DNA of 64,000 nt, from the NCBI GenBank assembly GCA_951406725.2, contig OX597821.1, forward strand, positions 22,878,001 to 22,942,000, given 5' to 3'. Source of the stretch: Octopus vulgaris (Eukaryota). The translations under genes and the position numbers were made by a program. Positions 39,400 to 53,188 of the stretch are shown one piece after another. Under the pieces are notes generated by a model that saw only the letters and a list, made by a program, of their open reading frames with translations, ran no database searches and was not told the DNA's origin. Positions within the stretch are counted from its first letter, which is position 1. The number at the start of each line of letters is the position of its first letter.

Positions 39400-39458
<59 letters not shown>

Positions 39459-40145
39459 AAGTAGGTGGAATAGAGAAAATGTTAGGACACAGCAGGTAGT
39501 CATGAAATACGACACCTCAAATCATTTAAAGTAATTAAAAATTAAGAATAAATTAGATAAGTATAATAAATAAAATAAAGTAAAATAAAATGGAATTCTT
39601 GAAATATGTGTAAACACATAGACACTGAGGTGAATAGAATTACAAATGTAGCCAGCAACTTCTTATCCTTCATTAAATTCTATTTCCTAAGAACATATAA
39701 ATACCACAAGTTTTTTAGTGTGCATAATGTTAAGGTTAGTTACTTCTGTCTAGACAGTACTGCTTCCAACAATACACATTACAGCAGGAAAAAGTATACG
39801 CCTATGTGAAGCACTCATCTGCAACTACCTTCAATAGAGTTTATTTAGTTCTGAGTCATCAAGCAAGACCTGCTGTTTCAAGACACACCCCCCTTTTCTC
39901 CATGGGTCCTGGATTTCCTTTTGACAAAGCATTTACAATATATATCTCTCAATATATTAAAAAATACTAAGTTATGTAGACACGAGCATAGTTGTTTAGT
40001 AAGAAGCTTGCTTGCCAACCACATGGTTCTGGGTTCTGCCCCACTGCATGCACCTTAAGCAAATGTCTTCTACTATAGCCCCAAGCTGACCAAAGACTTG
40101 TGAAGGGATTTAGTAAAAACAGACTGAAAGTAGCCTGCCATATGT

Positions 40146-40204
<59 letters not shown>

Positions 40205-40570
40205 TGTGTATGTACATTTGTCCCCACCACCACTTGACAGCTAGTGATGGTTTGTTTACATCCCTATAAATGAGTAGTTTTGCAAAAGTAATCAACAGAA
40301 TAAATACCAGAACTGGTGTTAATTCTTTCAGCTAAAATAATTCAAGGTACAATATGAACACCGTGAAAGATACTTAAAGGATTTTAGTTGAAGAAATCGA
40401 CCCTTGGACTTATTCTTTGTAAGCCTAGTACTTTTTCTGAAGTATTAAGTTACAGAGACACAAAACATCAACATCGGTTATCAAGTGATGGCGGGGGGCG
40501 AGAAACACACACAAATACACACACATAAAAACACACACAAATACACACACATAAATATATATATAAATAT

Positions 40571-40634
<64 letters not shown>

Positions 40635-40712
40635 GAAAAGAAAATGGAGAAATCAACAGACTGACATCAGTTTATTAATACAACTCCAATTTTGAATGAC
40701 ATCAATTTCTTA

Positions 40713-40816
40713 TAACCTACAATTGTTTCCATGTTTAACTAATTTCAAATTACAAATAAATAATCAAATCAAAAATGCATTCTGAACATAGTTAACGGAA
40801 CATTTCCTCAGGGTTA
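40713..40816 (-). ncRNA. Minimal hammerhead ribozyme motif
   Basis: TAACC-CTGAGGA-[AATGTT..TTAACTA...TAGTTAAACATG]-GAAA-CAATTG-TA-GGTTA. The first pair of stem II is mismatched. Confidence 0.65.
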
Positions 40817-42574
40817 GAAACCGACATAAAAAGGAATCACATCTCAATGGATAGGGTGATCATTGGTAGACTCTGCATTAAATTAGATATGTGTGCGTGC
40901 ACTTGTTAATGTCTTTAGAAAAAAATGTTACTTGTGTATAAACAATTTTGTTTTATTATTATTTTTATCAGTGATATTCCATGAAAAATTCCATGTAAAA
41001 GTATAATAAAGCAGCATACCCTGTATATAAATAATATTGATTCAAAATTTTATAACTGTAACAGAACTTCTAGTAAGCACAATTTTATATGGTTAATTAT
41101 TCCATTTACCAAGCAAATTAACAGTAACTTAGTTAAGTCTCTTTATAAACTATTTTTGAAATACTTTACTAAAGAAAGTAAATATTATGACATAATTAAT
41201 CCCAGTAATATCTGTATTGGCTTTTCTATCTTGACTAATGCTTCCCAGATCATATCTTCACTTAACAATAAAAAATTAACTAATTCCTATAGTAATACGG
41301 TTAAATTTAGTACCAATACATTACAGGACAACATAGACAATTCTGATTATAATAAATGTGCTAATAAACTATCTAAAGTACAAAGGAAACAGCTCCCATT
41401 GGATCCCACCTTAACCCTTTTAGCTTGGCTAGTACATATTTGAACCAGTCAAAAACTTTACAACCCAAATCTTTAAAATTCCCATTCTAAGTGGTGCAGT
41501 ATGGTACCACTCTAGTTTTTCTGGTAAGTATGTAGTGCCAGAAATGATCGAAGTGTATGACATTATAATGACAGCTCAAAAGGCTCACATGCATACAAAC
41601 CCCCTGCCATTCCTGACTGCTTTTAAAGTGTTTATTATTGGTTCTCATGCTTTGGTAAGTTATTTATAACATCTTCTTCACTGTAGACGTATTTACTTAA
41701 TCACAAACATATTGTGCATAGTTTATAAGCATTGGATAGTAATATCCTTGCAACAATGTTGCAATACATATTTCTAAAAGTAAAAAATTTTGAGTGGTAC
41801 ATACCTGTACCATTGTGGTTTTGTATAGGTACACATTTGTACCATTGTAGTTTGTTGTGTAGCTAAGATTGTACCAGTTGTGTTATAAAACTGTTCTATA
41901 GAGAAATTTCTTTTTGTTGTGAATCAAATGTACATATACAGTTTTTCAATCAATCTTCATATTATTCCCTAATATTTGAAATTTTCATTTTTTTACAAAA
42001 TTTACTGCAGTATTTTATACAACTGGTACAAACATGGTACATCATCTAAATAAAATGGTACATGCATGGTAGATTAGAAAATCCAAATGGTACAAATATG
42101 TACCAGAGTAAAAATAGTGTCTACATAACTGGCACTGTCATAATAAGCATTTACACTATATAGTTCTATATATACACTATATATACAAAATTTTAGAGAA
42201 AATGCATACAAATCTTGATAAAAAATTCCAGGTTGAAAGAGTTAGCCAAGAGACTAACCCTATGAACAATAATAATACTGAATGAAATTCTATAAAAGAA
42301 AATAATAGTAAAAGTAAAAATATATATTGTGATTGCAAATTTAAAGATAAATGCAGTATATAGATGTAAAGTGGAATCCAAAGGTAAAATCTATTTTTAT
42401 ATTCGATCAATGGAAAACTATATAAAAAGGTGAATTGCTAACCGCGAATAATGATGATATACCCATTTGCATCGATGAGAAGCAAACATCTTTTTAGTAC
42501 TTCACTGATACACTGGATAAAACCAAGGAGCCTGGATGTTAATATACCTTTAAGAAGTATATATCCTAGCAATA

Positions 42575-42675
<101 letters not shown>

Positions 42676-43214
42676 GATGTAAATATGTACATATACGTAT
42701 GTATATATGCATATATATATATATATTATTTATATTATTGTACGATTGAATTCCACACATCCTCTTCCAAGTAAGTTTTATCTTAATAATTCTGATGCAC
42801 ACTCTATATGATCTTTTTACTCTTTCGTTTTTCATTCTTTCTCTTTATTATTCTTTTACCTCCTCTTTTCCCACTATTCTATCCTATTACTCTGTCACTC
42901 TCTCTCCCTCACTCCTCCTCCCTTGCTCACGTGGCTCCCATGTGACCATCAAAATATCTGAAAGAAGACAAAATGAAACTCATGAAGAAAATGGAGTAAG
43001 GCTTGAAGAAAATACATTAAGAATTACTGAAAAGAAGAAGAAATAAATTCCACCAGTTTTGCAGGATACTATGATAGGATCATGAAATTTGAAGTTTTAG
43101 CTCAATAAATATATATTTTGAGACTCTTCCTTCAGTACTAACCACTCTTTATTTTCCTTCTGTATTTCCTTTTACCCCAAAGCCAGGATGTTTTCAGCAC
43201 CCTATATATATATA

Positions 43215-43245
<31 letters not shown>

Positions 43246-43251
<6 letters not shown>

Positions 43252-43461
43252 GGTACTGAAAAGTTCCTGGTTTTAAGAGTATCGTAAAAGGCCTGGTTGT
43301 AGGCCCAGCCTTCCAAGTTCTTTTGCAGGGCTTAGAAAAACTGGAGGACCACTGCAATAAGTGTGTGAAGCTGAGAGGGGAGTATGTTGAATAAAATCAT
43401 AATTAACTTATCCTCCTGTATCTTCTATTACCCAAATCAGGAACTTTTCAGCACACCCTCG
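43246..43461. mobile_element. Mariner-derived MITE
   Basis: TA|TGAGAGGGTACTGAAAAGTTCCTG ... CAGGAACTTTTCAGCACACCCTCG|TA. Confidence 0.82.
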
Positions 43462-43769
43462 TATTTATGCATACAGGAGACAAATAAATGTGGCAAATTT
43501 AACTATTTTTCCTTAGACTTAAAAAAAATGATAAACAGCTTTCGATTTTCAAACCTTATTGTGTTCTTATCAGAAGTGTCTACATCTCTTGACCAATGCT
43601 ATAAAAATAAGCAGCTGATTTGCTTTATATACTCAACAAACCCAGTAGCTATAGAGAACTGCGGATACAAATTTGCATATCATAAGTGATCAGCACTTTA
43701 TTTAAAATCTCCAACCTTTCAACAGGGATCTCAAGTCACACAGAATCAACATATGATATATGTAAACTT

Positions 43770-45318
43770 ATGTAGGATGCCAAATCTCGTAAACAATTCA
43801 TGTAAAAAAATTTATCACAGTTGAGGAGGTTGGTTTTTTTGCACTTACAAATTTCTGGCCATTTCAAGAAACTATCAACTACCACTAAGTAGTAAGAACC
43901 ATTGAAAGAACCAACGAAATCAACGTGTAGTTTCGACCATGAAACATCTTCTTCTGAACAATGTTTACTTTTTATCAGGGACAATTATTTATTTTCTTTT
44001 TGGTTACAAATAGGTGTTCCACACTGTTTCACTGCGATTTTTTGTTTCAGTCCCTCAGCTGCATTTGAGCCTTCAACTGAACCAACTATATTTCCACTCA
44101 AAACACTTATAGGCATATTCCACAACTTGAATAGGTTCATCCACTCTGTGCCAAACAGATTAAGTGAATCTTTTAATACATGTATCTTTGCCTTTTTCAT
44201 TTGACATTACATCACTGAAAAAATATAATCTTTTGCTCGTAACATCATGTGCTACCTTTTTCGATTTAATTAATTTCAACTTACTGACATATTTAAGTTT
44301 TTTCGTTTATAATGGTGATATCACTACCAGTGTCCAACTGCATTTTAACATTTGTATTTCTGAATTTCACTTTCATAAATTTCCTCATTGTTATATTACC
44401 AATTTCTTCCAATGACATACTATTTATTCTGACATTTTGTCATCTTTGTTCTTCAGTGCATCTTTATATGTCCTATATTTTCATAGAAAAGCAGTCTGCT
44501 TTTCTAAATGGACAATTTTTCTTCAGGTGTATATCTCCACATGCAAAACATGGGTTTATTTCCTGATTTTTTTTCTAGTGACTTTTAGAAAACACTTTAT
44601 CTCTATTCTGACTATTTTGCACTTGTTTTACTTGGAAACAATCTTTACGTCCAATTTCCTCTCTGTGTTGTGTCTTAATTTGACTATCCTTCTACATTCT
44701 TCTGGCACTTGTTGTAGGGTTACATCCCGGTTTTGTTCCAACTTTCTGAGAATTCTGGTTCTAGCTTCTGTGTCCTCTTTTGGCAGCAAATCCCTGTGTA
44801 AATTTCAAGCATTTGAACATAACTGGCATAAATTTGTCAAGCTTGAACTTCTTGCATTCCCTGTTTTCTCTACCAGTCTATGTGATGCGGTCCTCATTGT
44901 TTTTTTTGTTTTTTTATGTGTTCAGACACTTCCAACATGTGTTGAACAATGAGCTTTTTTCATTTAACATTTTACACAATATATCTATTGTTTCATTGAA
45001 GTTTATGTCTGAAGGTTTTCTTGGGAGTACATAATTACTGTATCATTCATGTTCTGTTGCTGCCAGTTTTCTCAAGATTAAGCACATTTTCATCTTGTTG
45101 TCCCAATCTTTACATTCTTTCTCAAAGATTTGTTCATATCTTCTGTAGGCACAGGAGTGGCTGTGTGGTAAGTAGCTTGCTAATCAACCACATGGTTCCG
45201 GGTTCAGTCCCACTGCGTGGCATCTTGAGCAAGTGTCTTCTGCTATAGCCCCGGGCCGACCAATGCCTTGTGAGTGGATTTGGTAGACGGAAACTGAAAG
45301 AAGCCTGTCGTATATATG

Positions 45319-45349
<31 letters not shown>

Positions 45350-46194
45350 ATATGTTTGTGTGTCTGTGTTTGTCCCCCTAGCATTGCTTGACAACCGATG
45401 CTGGTGTGTTTACATCCCCGACACTTAGCGGTTCGGCAAAAGAGACCGATAGAATAAGTACAGGGCTTACAAAGAATAAGTCCCGGGGTCAATTTGCTCG
45501 ACTAAAGGCAGTGCTCCAGCATGGCCGCAGTCAAATGACTGAAACAAGTAAAAGAGTAAAAGAGTAAGAGTATACTTTGAAGGTAACTCCTTCATCAGGC
45601 TCGTGTTTGAATTCTGCTATGGAGTTTGTGACATAGTCTATCAAGAACACTTTTTCAGACTTTCCAGATGACTTCACTAAATGCAGTATTTGTTGTTGTA
45701 ATATTAATTGCTGTTGTTGCTGTTTCTGTTGCTGCTCTTGCAGTTGTATCTGCTGCTGCTGTTGTTGCTTCAGCTCTAGTTCTTGCAATTGTAGCCGCTG
45801 CTGTTGTTCTTTCAATTGCTGTTGTTACTTCTTTTGCAACTCAAGCAAACTGACCAGCAAATTTTCCATAATTTTACGATTTTTTTTGTAAAATTTACAC
45901 AACAAAAACTTTTGTGAGTTTGTTGACTCCTCGTAAGTTGTTAAAATCTTAGTTGAGTTTATTAATTCCTCGTGAGCTGTTTGAATCTTCGTTGCCACTG
46001 TAAATCTTACAATGTTGGATTGTTATGATGCCCATATCGGTATACAGTATACTTAGTAAAACTAGTAAAGACAAGACTATTTCTGACCACCAACTACATA
46101 CTCTGGTACTTCACGTACTTCTCTTTACTTATAGTGACTATGTCATTCCAGTTATCACGTGGGAGGAGTGTACCATTATTACTAATTCCCTACA
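43770..46194 (-). mobile_element. Degraded Gypsy element: 5' LTR, PBS, gag, protease and integrase start; RT and RNase H absent
   Basis: LTR TGTAGGGAAT...TTTACA (46194-45999), PBS TGGCAACGAAG, poly-Q gag start, MQLDTGSDITI protease, WSKLHVDF.GS.NG.YYLVVVDSFLKWPE integrase. Confidence 0.85.
45148..45570 (+). mobile_element. SINE family A copy inserted in Gypsy gag
   Basis: Near-identical to the copy at 26638; gag reads TFKVY|YRRYEQIF across the insertion. Confidence 0.92.
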
Positions 46195-46599
46195 GCACAC
46201 AGACAACCATACACACACACACACACATTTACATATATCTGTGTGTGTATCTTTGTGTCTGTGTTTGTCCCCATCAACGCTTGATAACCAGTGTTGGTTT
46301 GTTTATGTCACCGTAACTTAGTGGTTCCACAACAGGACCAATAGAATAAGTACCAGGCTTGAAAAAAAGAGAAGACTACTGGAATTAATTTGCTTGAGAC
46401 AAGTAAAAAATAAAAATAGAAAAGATATATATATATATAAACACACACACACAAACACATACATAAATACATACTTGATTATATACACACACACACACAT
46501 AACGTAGGAAAATAAATGTATGATAAAGATGATAAGATGTATATGCATGAGAAAGAAAGAGAATGACAGTAAGAGAAAGACAGACATACACACAGACAG

Positions 46600-46632
<33 letters not shown>

Positions 46633-46862
46633 CAAATAGACCAACAGAGCGAATACCATGGTTTTTCATGCTGGGTAATTCAAGAACTCCACCCTAAAAT
46701 TGAGGGTGAGGATTGGCAAGTAATGGCACACAAGTAGGTGTACATTCTTTAATTTATAGCTTGTTTATATTGGCAATTGAAGATACATCCAGTCTGCCTG
46801 TTTAAACTCATATCTTCAAATATATGAATGTATGTATGTATGTATGTGTGTGTGTGTGTGTA

Positions 46863-46893
<31 letters not shown>

Positions 46894-46993
46894 ATGTATG
46901 TATGTATGTATGTATGTATGTATGTATGTACATACATTACATATATGTATGTATATATGTGTGTACATGTGTGTTTGTGTATATATATGTGTG

Positions 46994-47036
<43 letters not shown>

Positions 47037-47197
47037 TTTATTTAAAATCAGCAGAAATATAACAAATGCTGTTGCTCAGAGTTTCATGTTCGTGTTTGTC
47101 GGACAGTTTTTCTGCTGCTTTTAAATAAAGCATATTACTCTACCTCTGGTATTTGAGTACACTTTTTACCCACCTTGTTTCACATTTATGTGCTTAC

Positions 47198-47238
<41 letters not shown>

Positions 47239-47560
47239 GTGTAGAAAAATACAAACTGGGACAAGAACGTAAAACATTTAGAAGACGATACAACAAACAC
47301 GGATGGGACATTCGAAGCCTTCAATCTTCAGTCAAGAACCGGATCATCTTAGCAATTTCGGCTGATCAAAATAAACAACAAGGATATCCAGAGGTAATGC
47401 AGCTAAGCATTATGTCTGGATACCTTGTTGCTTATTTTGATTTTAATCACCATACTTAGAAATTGTATGGATAATACCGTACTAAATTCTGGTGCCTCGA
47501 CTTAAGTACCATATTCATCTGAATCTAAATAATAATAATAATAATAATAATAATGATAAA

Positions 47561-47614
<54 letters not shown>

Positions 47615-48364
47615 TATTATAACAGTTCCAAATTTTACCATAGGGCAGCCATTCTGAGGGAGGAGATGAGTTGATTATATCAACCCTAGTGCTAAATTGG
47701 TAATTATTTTATCATTCCCAAAAGGATGAAAGGTAAAGTGAATCTTAGTGGAATTTGAACCCTGAACGTAGTGATGGGCGAAATACTACTAAGCATTTTG
47801 TCCAGCGCACTAACAATTCTACCAGTTCGCCACCCATAATAATAATAATAATAACAATGGTTCCAAATTTTGGTACAGGGCCAATTGTTTTTTAGAGGAA
47901 GAGGAATTCAATTAGATCAACCTCAGTGCTTGGCTGATACTTATTTTATTGACCCTGAAAGGGTAAAAGGGTGACCTTGATGAAATTTGAACTCAGAATG
48001 TTGAGACTGAAAAATGCAACTAAATATTTTGTCTGGCATGCTAACAATTCTAATTAGAGCCTGGGGCCCAAATCCTTGTAAATGAATTTGACAGACAAAA
48101 ACTGAAAAAAAGCTTTGGTTGGTCTGAGGCTATAGAAGACACTTACCCAAGGTGCCACACAGACTGAACCTGGGACGATGTGGTTGAGAAGCAAGCTTCT
48201 TACCACACAGCCACGCCCGTACATTTTAACTTGCATGCTGAAGGAAAAGGTGGATAATCTCTCCCTGCCACTCTGATTTTCCTTATGTGCCACTCTGATT
48301 CTCAGGTGTGCTACATAGTCCCATTACCCTTACAACTTAACCATTTTGCCCTTCAAGATACCTA

Positions 48365-48590
48365 TTTCTTTATTACCCACAAGGGGCTAAACATAGAGAG
48401 GACAAATAAGGACAGACATAGGTATTAAGTCGATTCCATCGACCTCAGTGCGTAACTGGTACTTAATTTATCGACCCCGAAAGGATGAAAGGCAAATTCG
48501 ACCTCGGCGGCATTTGAACTCAGAACCTAACGTCAGACGAAATACCGCTAAGCATTTCACCCAGCGTGCTAACATTTCTGCCAGCTCGCC
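48365..48590 (-). mobile_element. SINE family B with Tx1-like tail and TSD
   Basis: Flanked by GCCCTTC(A/T)AGATACCTA at 48348-48364 and 48591-48607. Confidence 0.9.
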
Positions 48591-49094
48591 GCCCTTCTAG
48601 ATACCTACAAGCACCTACCTGCCAGCCTAAAGGCTCTATTGTTCTCAGTAAAATCCCCTCCCTCATGTCCACCACCAATTACTATTAACCTTATTGACCC
48701 ATGCTACAACACCACACACCTGCCTACTTCCTGAATCACCACCTCTCATGCACCTAAACACTTCCTCCTGACCTCATCCATCTCCACTGTTACTTCAAAC
48801 ACCTTTACATAATGTACCCACATCCTTCCACCAATACCCCCACTCCATATAGCTTGAAGCCATATTTTCATTCTATGATGATGATGATGATGATGATGAT
48901 GGTGTAGTGGCAATGATATTGTTGTTTTCATCATTAGTGTTGTTGTTGTTGTAGTTGTTGTTGTTGGTGGTGGTGGTGGTGATGGTGGTGATGGTGCTGC
49001 TGCTGGTGTTGGTATTGGGGAATGGTAATAATAATGATGATGATGATGATGCTAATGATGCTGATGGTGGTAGTTGTGGTAGTGATGATGATGT

Positions 49095-49315
49095 TAGGCA
49101 GAATTGTTAGCATGCCGGGCGAAATGCTTAGCGGTATTTTGTCTGCGTTACATTATGAGTTCAAATTCCGCCAAGGTCGACTTTGCCTTTCATCCTTTCG
49201 GGGTCGATTAAATAAGTACCAGTTACGCACTGGGGTCGATGTAATCGACTTAATACCTATGTCTGTCCTTGTTTGTCCCCTCTGTGTGTAGCCCCTTGAG
49301 GGTAATAAAGAAATA
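49095..49315 (+). mobile_element. SINE family B with Tx1-like tail
   Basis: GGCAGAATTGTTAGCA..GAGTTCAAATTCC..central domain..AGCCCCTTGAGGGTAATAAAGAAATA. Confidence 0.9.
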
Positions 49316-49811
49316 GGTATTAGGGGAGGGATGATGATGATAACGGTGATGAATGATAATGATGCTAATGATGATGGTGGTGGTGGTAGTGGTGGTGGTG
49401 GTAGTGGTGGTGGTGGTGGTGGTGGTGATGCTGATAATGTTTGTTTGTGGTGGAAGTTGTTATAGTGGTGGTGGTGCTGGTGTTGCTATTGGCAGTGGCA
49501 AATGATAATGATGATGATGATGATGATGATGATGATGGTAGCTGTGATCTAATACAGCATGTAAAAATAGAATTGAACACCTCACTCCACCTCTGTCAGC
49601 ATTATGGTGTGTTGTGTTTGTGTGTGTGTGTGTGTGTGTGTTTGTGCTGCTTTGAGCTTCATGTAGACTACACTGTTGCCACACCCAAACAAGCATCTGG
49701 AAATGTTTCAGTGATGTCACTTAACAGAAATAGAAAGAGCAGGCAAGTTATGTGTGTAAAATGTAGGTGGGTATATATGTGTATGTGTATGTGTGTGTGT
49801 GTGTGTATATT

Positions 49812-50032
49812 ACTCTTTTACTTGTTTCAGTCATTTGACTGCGGCCATGCTGGAGCACTGCCTTTAGTCGAGCAAATCGACCCCGGGACTTATTCTTTTG
49901 TAAGCCCAGTACTTATTCTATCGGTCTCTTTTGCTGAACCGCTAAGTGACGGGGACGTAAACACACCAGCATCGGTTGTCAAGCAATGCTAGGGGGACAA
50001 ACACAGACACACAAACATATACACACACATAC

Positions 50033-50069
<37 letters not shown>

Positions 50070-50233
50070 TACGACAGGCTTCTTTCAGTTTCCGTCTACC
50101 AAATCCACTCACAAGGCATTGGTCGGCCCGGGGCTATAGTAGAAGACACTTGCCCAAGATGCCACGCAGTGGGACTGAACCCGGAACCATGTGGTTGGTT
50201 AGCAAGCTACTTACCACACAGCCACTCCTGCGT
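49812..50233 (-). mobile_element. SINE family A copy
   Basis: Reverse complement, nearly identical to 45148-45570. Confidence 0.93.
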
Positions 50234-50248
50234 CTATATATGCACACA

Positions 50249-50292
<44 letters not shown>

Positions 50293-50622
50293 TATATATA
50301 TATTTATAGAACATTTATGTTCATACTTACCCAATAGAGGTGTATGTGTGTGCGTGTGTTTTTGTATTTCAAAATCTGACAAAAACATAATAGAAAACAA
50401 CAAAAACAAATGGAAAAATAGACAAAAACATAATACATGGAAATTTCACAGCTGATTTCTCATTAGTCAATGTCCAAGACATCCTAATGGTTTCATGGTT
50501 TTTAACATTGATACCACTCTGTCTTTGGTAGCACCACAGCAAGAAGCCTTTTGGAAGAGCTAACAAATGTATACAAGGTAAAAACAAACAAGATAAGCTA
50601 CAAAATATAACAATATATATAT

Positions 50623-51010
50623 AGGCGTAGGAGTGGCTGTGTGGTAAATAGCTTGCTTACAAACCACTTGGTTCTGGGTTCAGTCCCACTGCATGGCACC
50701 TTGGGCAAATGTCTTCTACAATAGCCTCGTGAGTGGATTTGGTAGACGGAAACTGAAAGAAGCCCGTCGAATATATGTACATATATATGTATGTGTGTGT
50801 ATATGATTGTATGTCCGTGTTTGTCCCCTCAACATCACTTGACAACCGATGGTGGTGTGTTTACGTCCCCGTAACTTAGCGGTTCGGCAAAAGAGATTGA
50901 TAGAATAAATACTAGGCTTACAAAAAATAAGTCCTGGGGTCGATTTGCTCGACTAAAGACGGTGCTCCAGCATAGCCGCAGTCAAATGACTGAAACTAGT
51001 AAAAGAATAA
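50623..51010 (+). mobile_element. SINE family A copy
   Basis: Same head, centre and tail as the copy at 26638. Confidence 0.9.
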
Positions 51011-51815
51011 TATATACATGCACACGCATGTGAAGGCATGGTGTACTAATGATCGTGAAATTGTGCTTTGAATTACCAGACCGACATTGTGTTCCTGAGA
51101 AAAACACTTCATTTCATGTTACTTCCGTCCACTCAGCTGCAGATGGGTAACCTTGCAGCAGTCTAGAGTAATAATGTCACTAATCAAGTTTAGATCTAAA
51201 TAACTTTTTCATTTTTCATTTTTAAAAGCAAAATATATTTATCTTAGCTTCAATGATAGAAGAAAGCATGAAAAACTTCATAGTTTTGGTCCCATGCAGC
51301 AAAAATTTGTATAAAAATAGTTGTGAGGTAAAATATCAAAAAAAAATATAAGTAAAGCAAAAAACTGGATTTAAGTAAAATGAATGTTTTTTATTTTAAA
51401 AACTATCTATATTTTAATTAAGCTTAAATGAAAGAGCTCAATTCGAGGAATTTCATGTATCAATCTCATGCAATGAAGTTCTAAAAGAAAAAAATTAGAG
51501 GTGTGATGATATAGCACTATACTTTTTTATGAATATAGTTCTATAAGGGGACTTTTAATATATGTCACCGGCATCACTGAGGTAAGGAAAAAAATTATCA
51601 ACGACACCGTTAATTGACACATTTGACACATTATTAACTAGCATAATAGCATATCCTGGAAAAAACATTGATTACATGGAAAAATGCAAGAGAAATAATA
51701 TTTTTAAGAATATAAATGTGGAAAAGTACAGGACAAGTTATGTCTGATAAAGTACAGAACAAGAAAGTTTTTACTTAAAATATTGCAGCTAAGGATAAAA
51801 TTAGAATATTAAAAA

Positions 51816-52212
51816 CTAGCAGTATCGCCCGGCATTGCTCGGGTTTGTAAGGGAAATAACTATATAAGCATTTTTAGAGAGTTATAGCCAAAAAATAGTT
51901 AAAAAATGCATTAAAAATGGAAAAAAAATGATGGTAAATTTTTTTAAAATCGTTGACTCATCGTAGACATTTTTAGAGAGTTACTTCCCTTATATAATAG
52001 CGAAAAAATGCATTAAAATGGAAAAAAATGATGGTAAATTTTTTTTTAAATCATAGACTCATCATAGATGCGCGCTAATACTCAGAAGGGCTCAATATGA
52101 ATCACGACTATAAGATACCCAGTTTTGGTTAAACTGCACCGCAAAATGTGGGAGTAGTTAGGAATCTAAATCGTAGGAGACAGACAAACAACCTTACTTT
52201 TATATATAAGGA
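51816..52212 (-). mobile_element. Non-autonomous Helitron
   Basis: Minus strand starts A|TCCTTATATATAAAAG and ends with hairpin CCCGAGCAATGCCGGG followed by CTAG|T. Internal tandem duplication of about 100 bp. Confidence 0.82.
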
Positions 52213-52479
52213 TTATTTGATTTTAATTTACAAAGAACTTTATTAATTGAAAAAAGGTGCAATCATTTTGTTAAAATATTGACACACTAGAATACTTAAA
52301 AAATTAGAATCAGTAGTACCAATATAGCTAAAGGTTTATGCAAAGTAGAATATTATATATGGTAGGCAAATTCATTATGTCAAAAACAGGCATTGGATCA
52401 AGGCAATAACTTAGGCAATAACTCATGCAAATTTTACTGTGAATTTATTGTTATAGGTAGATTTTACTGTAATAATAAT

Positions 52480-53010
52480 CATCATCATCATCGTTTAACG
52501 TCCGTTTTCCATGCTGGCATGGGTTGGACAGTTTGACTGAGGACTGGCAAGCAAGGAGGCTGCACCAGGCTCCAATCTCATCAGGCAAGGTTTCTATATC
52601 TGATGCCTTTCCTAACTCCAACCACTCTGAGAGTGTAGTGGGTGCTTTTTATGTGCCGCCGGCGTGAAAGCCAGTCAGACAGTACTGGCAATGGCAATGC
52701 TCGAATGGTGCTTTTTGCATGCTACCAGCATGGGACCAGTCAGGCGGCACTGGCATCAACCACACTCGAATGGTGCTTCTTACATGCTACCAGCATGGGA
52801 CCAGTCAGGCAGCACTGGCATCAACCACTCTCGAATGGTGCTTTTTGCATGCCAATAGCATGGGACCAGTCAGGCATTAGCCACAACAATGACTTCACTT
52901 GACTGAACAGGTCTTTGCAAGCACAGTTTATTGCGCAGTCGTTGAAGGGTACTCTTAAATGGGCCGGTTCTGCTACACTGGCATAGGCCACACTTACGGT
53001 CTCACTTGGC
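52480..53010 (-). mobile_element. (GAT)n-tailed retroposon with an internal tandem array of about 65-bp units
   Basis: Unit CTCGAATGGTGCTT...GCATGGGACCAGTCAGGC.GCACTGGCATCAACCAC repeated about three times at 52700-52885. Confidence 0.8.
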
Positions 53011-53153
53011 CTATATATATATATATATATATATATATGTTACACACTTGTGTATATTTTAAATACATATATAAACATATATACATACACAGATAGATGT
53101 ATACAAGTATACAGGCCCAAACACACATATAGATTAGGGATATATATATATAC

Positions 53154-53188
<35 letters not shown>

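Noticed and set aside
43520-43580. Minus-strand CTGATAA...GAAAGCT
   Set aside because: The core is mutated and the stems do not pair; too weak to call.
45531-45870. Poly-Q protein
   Set aside because: It is the N-terminus of the Gypsy gag, downstream of the PBS and read into a SINE.
52660-52890. CRISPR-like array
   Set aside because: Whole units repeat without unique spacers, the context is eukaryotic and there are no cas genes. It is a minisatellite inside a retroposon.
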